From positions 3,534,001-3,598,000 of the forward strand of contig CP075495.1 in assembly GCA_021613535.1 (NCBI GenBank): a stretch of 64,000 bases of DNA, written 5' to 3'. Origin of the DNA: Adineta vaga. Taxonomy: Eukaryota > Animalia > Rotifera. The notes under the pieces are model-generated. The model searched no databases and was not told where the DNA came from. It worked only from the letters and a program-made list of their open reading frames with translations. Positions 16,694 to 26,869 of this stretch are shown in pieces. A program made the position numbers and the translations under genes. How positions within the stretch are numbered: the stretch's first letter is position 1; the number at the start of each line of letters is the position of its first letter.

Positions 16694-18592
16694 ATGTATC
16701 GAAGCTATTTTATACATATATTTCCTGATAATTTCCAGCGTAGCATATATACTACAATTATTCAACTTACAACAATACGAAACTTCATTATCATCTTCCT
16801 CATTATTACTGCCACTATCATGTTTCACTCATATTCTTTTCGTCAAGTATTATTTTCCACAACATCTATCTCATCAAGACATTGGCTGATTTTGTCATCT
16901 TTCACACAATTACAACGATATATCGCTTCCCCGTTATTATCCCATTACTCCATCATTCTTATCGATAATCATACCAACTCACTCCCATACCCACCCAACA
17001 TACAAATTATCCTTCTCGATTCCAAACTTCTCTCATCACTCTCATTTCGATCATCAAATATCATCAACATTGCTTATCTTCTTGCCATCAAACATGGGGC
17101 TCACTTCATCCATCAATTCGATTCAAATACACATCCTCACCTTCACCATCATTATCATGGTCATGATATACAATACATTGCATTTCGACGACACCGATCA
17201 CCTTTCATCAACATTCTACCAACTTTTACTGCTCACTTTCATTCTTCATCACTTGGTCTACCTCAACATGAACTCATCAACATTACACAAGATGGATGGA
17301 CATCCATCAGAACACTGCTACCGTATCAAGAGACCATCCATCCTTTCATTCAACAACATATTCCTATTCTTCCTCTGCACAATAATCACTCATCGTTGGT
17401 CAATCATCCACCAGTTGCTCTTGAACCGTTCACATTCGCGCCCTTCACAACAACTAACATTCTTTTCGCGTATGAGGCATTGTGGGGTCTTGTTCTACCA
17501 CAATCACAATCGCACATTTGGCGAAGTTGGTGGGTCCAGCGATTATTGTGGGATATCGATGGACATCTTCTCTTCTCTTCTTCTTCTTCTTCTGTGCATC
17601 ACTTCGTGAACTCCACATTCTCGACAAAGAACGAACAGAACACAAAAGACGATGTGAAAGTCAGTAAACTAGTGCGATATCTGACCGAATGGAGATCGAC
17701 GAAGACGACATTGGTAGAAAGAATGACTGATCTGTTCACGGACATGGTGAAATACGAGTATTGCGATAGAAGTGAAGTGAAAGTGATGCAAGATTGGATC
17801 AGCGATCTACAAAGTGTAGGATACACATTTCCATCGATCAAACGAATGACATCACGTGGTGCGTCTGCTCCTCCTCGTCGTCGTCGTGTGGCTGTGTGTT
17901 TGACAGGATTGATCGAATGTATTGATGAAGCATGGAAAAAGACAAGTGATGCTATTCGACAACATATTGCAGGCGAGATGGATGTATTTATGTATCTGTC
18001 ATCGACAGAACCAATCGTTGATCAACTACCAACAATTCCTCAGCGAACTCGACTGGTCGAAGCACTACGATATACGAACTTTACAGTGAAGGTGTTATTC
18101 GAAAACATTCCTTCGCTCGATCCTCATTTTCCACCGAACTGTACATCGGAAAAAAGTATTGATCAACCGGAACATAAAGTTCCTCGATATTATCAACAAT
18201 TGTTTGGATTGAGTAATTGTTTTAATATGGTTCGTGAGTATGAAAAGAAGTATAATATCAAGTATGATCTTATGGTGCGAACACGAGCTGACATCGAGTT
18301 TCTTCGCATTCCATCAACATTTGATCGCTCATCACCCTATGATATCAATACGACATTGATTTTACCGTACAGTACTCTATCCGGATCACTGGATGATGGT
18401 TTTGCTATTGGTCCAATAGATGCAGTTGAAGTGTATATGAGTCGATACTATTCATTTCGAGAATGTTTAACGCTTGATTTGCATCCAGAACGTTACTTAC
18501 AGTTTTACCTGAACCATCGAAAAGTTAAAATGCTAATAGATCAAAATACAACGATACGTCATATTCCTCACTCTCCGGAACATTGTCATTGA
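16694..18592 (+). CDS. Intronless STELLO/DUF288-like plus putative glycosyltransferase fusion (copy 2, tandem paralog)
   Basis: 632-aa ORF, nearly identical to 13234-15075 from about LPYPPNIQ onward. The N-terminus and two C-terminal patches diverge. Confidence 0.75.
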   Translation: MYRSYFIHIFPDNFQRSIYTTIIQLTTIRNFIIIFLIITATIMFHSYSFRQVLFSTTSISSRHWLILSSFTQLQRYIASPLLSHYSIILIDNHTNSLPYPPNIQIILLDSKLLSSLSFRSSNIINIAYLLAIKHGAHFIHQFDSNTHPHLHHHYHGHDIQYIAFRRHRSPFINILPTFTAHFHSSSLGLPQHELINITQDGWTSIRTLLPYQETIHPFIQQHIPILPLHNNHSSLVNHPPVALEPFTFAPFTTTNILFAYEALWGLVLPQSQSHIWRSWWVQRLLWDIDGHLLFSSSSSSVHHFVNSTFSTKNEQNTKDDVKVSKLVRYLTEWRSTKTTLVERMTDLFTDMVKYEYCDRSEVKVMQDWISDLQSVGYTFPSIKRMTSRGASAPPRRRRVAVCLTGLIECIDEAWKKTSDAIRQHIAGEMDVFMYLSSTEPIVDQLPTIPQRTRLVEALRYTNFTVKVLFENIPSLDPHFPPNCTSEKSIDQPEHKVPRYYQQLFGLSNCFNMVREYEKKYNIKYDLMVRTRADIEFLRIPSTFDRSSPYDINTTLILPYSTLSGSLDDGFAIGPIDAVEVYMSRYYSFRECLTLDLHPERYLQFYLNHRKVKMLIDQNTTIRHIPHSPEHCH

Positions 18593-19196
18593 TAGAATAT
18601 GTACTCGTCTGTATTATAGAAGTTTCATCTGAATCCTGAAAATATAGATAAATATGATCGAAGAGGCGAAGATGATGAGAAACAATGGATGATAAGATAT
18701 CAGAAAAGATTGTTTAAGGATCTACATTCTCTATGTATTTGAAATCTAGAGCATGTGATAAAGAATTAGTAGAAATTTCTCGAAACAAACTAATAGCTTT
18801 TTATTTCAGTGGACGAATATATTAGTACAATCTTCATTTGTATAGTTTATTTTATGAACGATCATCTTTAAATCAATCATGATCATGTTCACTTCCAAAT
18901 AAAGCCAAAACGATTTGTCAAGATGGACAATATAAGAAAGATTCGTATCTAAACATAAAAACAGTGTAGTCTTCGAATATTTTCGAGGAGACAAATCGAA
19001 ATTCTGATTTTAACAAGTTTTATGTCACGGAATAGAAGGATTAAAAAATCTGGTAACTGATTAGTTCTTGCGCTTCATTGATATTTTTAAGATTTGCTTT
19101 ATTTTATCTCTCCGTAAAACTCTCATTACAGTAATACTTTAATTTGATAAAGAAAGTTAGTGATTTTCCAGTAGTTGTATTGTTGTTTATATGAGT

Positions 19197-19719
19197 TTAA
19201 ACAGAACGGCCAAGTCTTGGTGAAGCCCGTCGTTCTATTAAAGATGATTCGCTTTCATTTTGATAGTCGTCTGTGTCATCGTCCTCGCCATTATGATATC
19301 GATCGGCATGATTCAAACGTGAATGTGCGAAAGCAGCAGTACGTCGACCAAGTCGAGGTGAAGCACGGCCAAGTCGAGGTGAAGCACGACCAAGACGTGG
19401 TGATGCTCGTACAACAAGATCTGAATCGTCAGCAAATAAAAAGTTTGGATAATAATCTCCAATCATTTGACGGTCAGATAATTGATCGGTATCAATCGAT
19501 TTCGATTGAACACAAGTACAGCAAACTAAATAAAAATAATGAAATTTGATTGACAATCCTCTCAAATGTGCTTACTAATAAGAATAACTGCTGCGAAGAG
19601 TAAATACCAATTGAATTTTATAATACGAGAAATTCGTTGAGTAAAACCTAAATATATATGTGTATTGAGATTATTTAAAATAAAATGAAAAATGTATATA
19701 TACCTATTGATGATAACAT
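19197..19719 (-). CDS. Neuropeptide precursor yielding 4x ASPRL-amide (PRXamide-like)
   Basis: Exons 19719-19704, 19647-19576 and 19525-19197 give MLSSIGFTQRISRIIKFNWYLLFAAVILIICCTCVQS (signal-like). Then R-ASPRLG-R-ASPRLG-R-ASPRLG-RR, an acidic spacer, and RR-ASPRLG-R. Each copy has a Gly amide donor and basic cleavage sites. Confidence 0.9.
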
Positions 19720-20911
19720 GATGATGATGATGAATATAATGAAATAGAACTGTTTCTTTTTGGAAGAAATAATATAACAATGACCTTTTCTTTTTTTTTT
19801 TCTCTTATATATCTCTTTTCTCAATGTCTAATATTTATTCGATCTCTTCTCTCGAACCAATAATATTCTGGATGGAGACTACTTTCACTATAGGTTACAA
19901 TTAATTATTTAGTTTATTCCAATGTTAGTTTTTCTTCGAAGACAATGTCGACGAAACTAATATTTAGACTTAATTGTTTTCTTCTATCTACGTCGGATAG
20001 ATTCTTCATCAAAACAAACAAGACAAATCAATAGCGAAACAGTAAAACTCTTCTCTCTCATCAATCTTGACATTTCATATGCATCCGATATTCTATTCTT
20101 TTGTTTGATTTTATTAGAAACCTAAACTAGATCTTAATACCAGACACATATTGTTTGTGATATTCGGAGTTTGACTTTTCTCAGGACATTGAATAAGCAA
20201 CGAGATAATTATGAATTATATCTGACAGAGTAAATCATACGATACGACATTTTGTACATATTTGTGTGGGTAGCAGATATTTATATCGTTTCGATGATAT
20301 ACAAAAGAAAAACGCCTTCGAAAGCAAAGGTAAATAGTTTGAAAGAAAATATTGATTTATCTTGATCAACAATCTGTCTATATATCAAAGCAAAACAATG
20401 CTTATGTCAGAATCGGTGAGACACTTGTTTCAATTGTCCGAAACAAAACTTTCTCAACGTTAAGATAAATAAATGTTGATTAAATAAATAATATATGCGT
20501 CTATAAAAATTTACAATCACTATTCTGTCACTAATTAAAGATACTTGTGCAACTGTGTCGTATAGATAGACATAAATATTCTGTAAAACCAACTAGTTTT
20601 GAGTAAGATTTCACAATGAAGTTTGTTGTAATCAGAAACAAGAGTAAAATCATGAATGTGCGTCCTCTATATTTAAACGCACTTGTAGGTCAATCGTCGT
20701 TTGCATCGACAAATCTCACGACAAGAAAAGAAGAAGAAAAAAAAGTTTAATAAAAAAATTTGAAAGATGAATCATCGTCAACAATGGACAAACGAAAATT
20801 ATGAAGAAGATTAACTTAACTCCTCTTCATTTTTATACATTGTAATTTGTAATTAATGAATCAGCGCAAAAACAACGAAATTATCTTGTGAAAATTGCTG
20901 AAAATCTCACG

Positions 20912-21034
20912 CGGAAGTAAAAAAATGATCAGGTAACCGAATTTCGTAATTTTGGTATTACTTATGAAAGAATAAAGATTAATAAATAAATATTGATCAT
21001 ATATATATGTGTGTTTATTTTACTGACTCAATAG
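20912..21034 (+). promoter_or_regulatory. Putative promoter/5'UTR of the PARG-headed cluster: ETS-like CGGAAGT plus a 5'UTR intron
   Basis: CGGAAGT at 20912-20918; donor ag|gtaacc at 20933; acceptor tcaatag at 21034; ATG at 21046. Confidence 0.3.
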
Positions 21035-21045
21035 TAAATTTCAAT

Positions 21046-22484
21046 ATGGCATCTGGATATCAACGAAACCGGAGACAAAATCGTTCAATTGCAGCACCCT
21101 TTGGTCTTCAAGTTCCATCATCATTACGAGATCCAAAAGACACGTCCTTTTCAGAGGTAGAAATAATACGTTTATCTACCGATGATGGTGCACGTGATTT
21201 TGCACTTAAACATTTACATAATCATGAACAATTTGCTGAATTATGGAATTCGACAAGAATTCGACCAAATACACGGCGTTGGATGCGTAAAGTTGTGCAA
21301 ATACAAACTATCAATGCAATCTACAATAGGTAAAAATGAGAAGATTTAGATTGCTGTTTTTTTTAAATATTATTCTCTATAGTTTCTATCGACTTCCTGA
21401 TGGTACAAAAGTACATTTAGATAAACAAAGAATGACTCAAGCTGCTCAAAGTACTAAACGATATCAAAACGAACATGGGTATAAAACAACTATTCATGAT
21501 AAACCTTCATCTCGAATATTTGTTGTTAATGGTGATTGTCTTGATGTTGCTGTATTATTTAAAATTCAATTTCCTCGATCAAATCCTGTTGTACTAAATA
21601 TGGCTTCATCAAGGAAGCCTGGTGGTGGTTGGAAAAATGGTTTGTTGACTTTTGATTGCACTTTCATTCATATACATTCTTCGTTTTGCTTGTATTTAGG
21701 TGCTGGTGCACAAGAAGAAAATCTTCACCGTCGTACTAACATGTGTCAATGTCTTGAAGATCCATATCATGAATTAGATGGTCATCGACATTGGGACTAT
21801 CATGTACCCGAAGTAAGCTGATGCATAGATTTATAAAGAATTTGAAATACTAAAGTTTTTCTTTTAGTTTGGTGGAATTTATTCTTCCAATGTGAGTGTT
21901 TTTCGTGGTTCAGAAACAAATGGTTATCCATTTTTCCCTGATGGTCCGAAATATCTTTCCTTTATTGCATGTGCTGCTTATTCTCATCCACCAACTGAAA
22001 CCGATCAAACTGGACAATTGAAATTAAGTGGTAAAAATATAATTGAAAATACCAAGAAGAAAATGGCGACTATCTGCAATATTGCATTAGAAAATAATCA
22101 CGATATTCTAATTTTATCAGCTATGGGATGGTAAGTAGTCAATACAAATCATTTGTATTCTAAAGTGACGATGAATTGATGAATTTGTTTATTTATTTAG
22201 TGGTGCTTTTCAAAATCCACCAACACATATTGGTAAATTCTTTGTTTTCTTTGATATATATTTGTATAAATGAACGATCGTTGTTTTTCTTCATTCTAGC
22301 ACAATTATTTCGTGACGTGATCTCGCAAAATTATAGTGACTCATTTCAATACATCGTATTTGCGATCATCGACGATCATAATTCTAATAAAGATCATAAT
22401 CCTACGGGCAATATTCAACCATTTGGTGAAGTTTTTAAAACACCTATTCTATCTATTGATGAACTTCAACAATCACTTTCATAA
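21046..22484 (+). CDS. Microbial-type poly(ADP-ribose) glycohydrolase (TIGR02452/DUF2263 macrodomain), intron-containing
   Basis: VVNGDCLD, VLNMASSRKPGGGWKNG|AGAQEENLHRRTN (GGG-x-QEE catalytic loop), GGIYSSNVSVFR, FIACAA, LILSAMGC|GAFQNPP, IVFAIIDD. Confidence 0.9.
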
Positions 22485-22552
22485 TTAAACGAATAAATCC
22501 ATCAATTTTTCTATTGTTTTTTTTCTTCTGTTCCAGATAAATAAAACTTAAA

Positions 22553-23292
22553 ATGTCATCAGCATTTACTGAACTTCTTCGTAAATCAAATCTAGATTTT
22601 ATTGTTACACAAAAAATATCGAAACTTGGATCACGAACCGATGAGATTATCATTGCGACATTCATTGATATGAACATAAAAAAATTACAAGTAAACAATC
22701 ACGATTTTAGAGAGAAAAAAACCGTAAAATTCAAACCATGATTTTTCTTTAGTTAGTTGCATGTTTAGATCAATTCGATTCATCTACAATTTGGTCCACA
22801 TCATTAGATGAACGTACATTTCAATTAAATGCTCGTCTTTTAGATCTAACTGAACTTAGTGATACGATGTTATTTCTTTCCGAACGTTTGACTGAATCAG
22901 ATTTTACATTGAGTAGATCCAATAATAAAACAGAAAGTTCACAACTGAACATCACATTTATACATTCGAAAACGAAACAATCGATTACTCTTCATCTCGA
23001 TGAATGTCTTGATGAAAAAGAAAAAATATTCTTTCTTAGTAAAATTCTTTCACATATTTATAAACGTAATCAACAATTATCAACAGAAGTGAAACAACAA
23101 GAATTACAAATTAAAGAATTATCAACAAATCGAATATCGGATAATAAGACTAAATTAATTCAATCTACAAATGATAATAAAAACATTCCGATGAAATCAA
23201 AAGAACGTACACAAATGAGTTTGATTAATCCAAGTACAAAACGACGTAAAGCAGCAACCGGTATTAATTATGATGATGACGATAGTGATTAA
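22553..23292 (+). CDS. PAXX: PAXX-like (XRCC4/XLF paralog) NHEJ factor
   Basis: Two exons (22553-22690, 22753-23292). Head-like region, then a coiled coil (NQQLSTEVKQQELQIKEL). The C-terminus SLINPSTKRRKAATGINYDD resembles the PAXX Ku-binding tail (human SLINPGFKSKKPAGGVDFDE, from memory). Confidence 0.75.
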
Positions 23293-23408
23293 ATATTTTT
23301 GTATATATTTTTTAATAATGAATAAAAGACAAATTTGTTTTGAAAGATTTTAATAAAAAAGAAAAAGAAAAAGAAATAATTCTTTCGTACTTCTTATAGA
23401 TAATCAAA

Positions 23409-25181
23409 ATGAGTAAACCTTCGGGACCAGATACAAAACAAATTCAATATGATCGTCAACTTCGTCTTTGGGGTGATCATGGACAAAAAGCTTTAGAATC
23501 TGGTCGAGTTTGTTTAATTGGTGCTAATGCTTTAGGTACAGAAATTCTCAAAGCACTTGTTCTACCTGGTCTTGGCTCATTTACAATCATTGATCATCAA
23601 TTAGTTACATTAGCTGATTGTGGTTCGAATTTTTTCGTTCATCCTTCAATGATCGATCAATCACGTGCTCAAGTAACCTGTGAATTATTAAAACAACTTA
23701 ATCCTGATGTACATGGAACATTCATTGATAAACCAACGATTGATGATTTATTAAGACAAAATACATTCGATTTTTCTCAATTTAATGTTGTTATCACTGC
23801 TAATCTTTCACATAAGATACTGATAAATCTTGCCAATCATCTTTGGACATTGAGAGTACCTCTACTCGTTGCACGTACCTATGGGTAATTGAAAGAAAAT
23901 CAAAGACAAAATCATCTTTTCCATTTCTTTATTGTATAGGTTTATTGGTACTATTCGTCTTCAGTTAGTTGAAAATTTCATTATTGAAGCACATCCTGAT
24001 GATACAATTCCTGATCTTCGTCTTGATCGTCCATTGAAATCTTTTCTTGATCATTGTAATTCAATTGATTTTCAAAATCTAACACGTGAAGAACATCTAC
24101 ATCTTCCATCATTAATTATTTTATTCAAAGCTCTACAACAATGGCAAAAACAAACCAATCGAACCGATTTACCACGAATTCGCAAAGAAAAAGATGAATT
24201 TAAACAAATTCTCGACAATTTTTCACATCATTCAGCTTATGAAACAAATGATTCGAATCGAATTCTTGAAAATTTTGAAGAAGCAAAACGAACAATTCCA
24301 TCACGATTAGTTTCTACAACGATTCCATCAACTGTCAAAGAATTATTTCAAGATCGTGAATGTCTAGAATTATCGAATCAATCACATATTTTTTGGTTTA
24401 TTCTTCGTGCTATAAAATTATTTACAGAAAATGAAGGTCAAGGTCTATTACCTGTTCGCGGTGAAGTACCGGATATGATAACAAATACAAATTCATATGT
24501 GAAATTAGTTGAAATCTATCAAGAACAAGCAAAAAAAGATTGTGAAATGATTTATAATTATTTAGTGGATTTATTAAAAAAACATAATCGATTTTCTAAT
24601 GAACAAGCTATTTTACATGATTTAGTTCATATCTATTGTAAAAATGCATCATTTTTACGTGTTCTAAGAACATCACCAATGAAAACTGAAGATGAATTAT
24701 TACAAAAATATTTGGAACAAAATCCAATGGATTCATCACCGGATGAGCCTGAACCAGATATTTGTTGGTAAGATACAAAAATGTGTTTTTTTTAATTCAA
24801 ATTTTTCACCTTCTTTTCAGGTATATTGGTCTACGTGTATGTGATTCATTCTATGACAAATTCAATCGTTATCCAGGAGAATTTCCTCTTTCCATCAATG
24901 AAATGGATACAGATCAACGACAATTAGAAATCGATATAAATGATTTGAAACAAATTGGAAAACAAATGATTCAATTAGATCAACAACAAGGTTCTATTCG
25001 TGAAAATATTCTCGAAGAATTAACACGTTATGGTGCATCAGAACTTCATTCGATTTCAGCATTTATCGGCGGATGTTGTGCACAAGAAGCGATTAAATTA
25101 ATAACACATCAATATGTACCAATTGATAATGTTTTAGTTTATAGTGGTATTCGACAAGCGACAAGTGTTTTCAAAATTTAA
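23409..25181 (+). CDS. NAE1: NEDD8-activating enzyme E1 regulatory subunit (APP-BP1)
   Basis: YDRQLRLWGDHGQKALE, GTEILKALVLPGLGSFTIID, DLRLDRP, GLLPVRGEVPDM, RYGASELHSISAFIGGCCAQEAIKLITHQYVP. Three exons. Confidence 0.96.
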
Positions 25182-25867
25182 AGTTTTCATAAAACAAAAA
25201 ATATATTTTAATCTTTTGTAACTTTTATTTAAAAAAATCGAGATAAATACTCCCCCTACTCCCTTCTTTTTGAGGCATACTATAACAAACAAGAGAAGTA
25301 TAATCAGATTTTATTTCTAGATTTTGATTTCATACGAAAATATTATTTGAAAGATGATATATAAAAGAACTTTATTATGATCGTTGTTATATATGTTCTT
25401 TGAATTTACATTTGAGGATTTACTATACTCTAAACTAATAAACGAAATAAGTTCTACAAGATTTCTTTTGTTTATCAAATCATATAGCCTTATTTATTTT
25501 CTAAAATACACTTCCGTTTAGTAGAACTATGCGATTAAAAACAACATATGTTGATAGTTTTTTTTATCTGATTAAATCTTGAATAAATTTTATGTCAGAA
25601 TCTAGTTTTCTATTTACGAAGAAACAAAATATATGCCTTCTGTGATTCTTTTTCTTTCTATTCTGCATCGAACATTCGAGATTGTGCTTCTTCCTTTTTT
25701 TTCCGTCGTCATCACATCAGTTAGTTTTGCATTCTTTTTCTTTTTATTCTCCATTACTATACTAGACAGATCATACGAGAGGTGTGTATACGTGCGGCTA
25801 CCTTATTTGAGTTTGGGTTTTCTTTATTTCTTTTTTAAATAGATTTTTCGATCGATAAAACGAAATA

Positions 25868-26550
25868 ATGTCATCATCAAACATATATTCACTTCATTAT
25901 TTTAATGGTCGAGGCCGTGCTGAAGCAGTTCGATTAATTTTTGTCCAGGCCGGTGAAAAATTCGAAGATCTTCGTCATAGTCCTGACGAATGGGCAAAAT
26001 TAAAAGGTCAAATGCCCTTAGGTCAAATGCCTGTATTAGGTATAAAATCTCTCGTGTAAAATTTCTAGTTTTCATTTTATATATTTTTTGCCTAGAAATT
26101 AACGGTGAAAAATATCCACAATCAGCATCAATTGCACGTTACGTTGCACGACAATTTAAACTTGCCGGTAAAGATGATCTTGAATCTCTTAAATGTGATA
26201 TTATTGTTGATACGATGCAAGAAATTAATGAAGCATATTATGAAGCATGGTTTCATATTAAAGATGAAAAACGAAAAGAATCGGAACAAGCAAAATTTAA
26301 AACTGATTTATTACCTCAAAAATTAAAAGGTCTTGAAACTATGATGAATACCTATGGAAATGGTACATGGGCTGTTGGTAGCAATGTAACATGGGCAGAT
26401 TTGTTAGTATATGATTCCATACAAAACATTCTTCGAATTGATGAACAAGCATTAGATAAATATGCAACTTTGAAGAAAAATCATGAAGCTGTTGAAAAAT
26501 TACCAAAAATTGCCGGATATTTAGCAGAACGAAAACCAACACCATTTTAA
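25868..26550 (+). CDS. Glutathione S-transferase, sigma-like class
   Basis: [25 protein letters not shown]|[18 protein letters not shown]. Two exons. Confidence 0.95.
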
Positions 26551-26869
26551 AATTAAACGATATATTCAAAAGACTTTTAGTTTACTTTTCTTTTTAACAT
26601 TCATTTGATGAACCTATAGTTTGAAAAGCAAAATTTTTATCTTCAGTATTGTTAAATAAACTTTCATTCTCTATATGTATTGCTTCATAGTTTGATGTAA
26701 TTTGAGAAAATATGAAAAGACACAAATACAATTTAGTTACAGAACTTGTTGTTCTCCAACTATATATAGATAAGGTAGATCAGTGCGGTTGATAACATTT
26801 GTTGACTTGATAGATAACAAAGAAAACGGATCATAAATAGAGTTGTTTTTATTCATACCGTTTATAATC

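Noticed and set aside
19346-19408. 21-bp tandem repeats resembling a repeat array
   Set aside because: They encode the RASPRLG peptide repeats. There are no spacers or cas genes, so this is not CRISPR.
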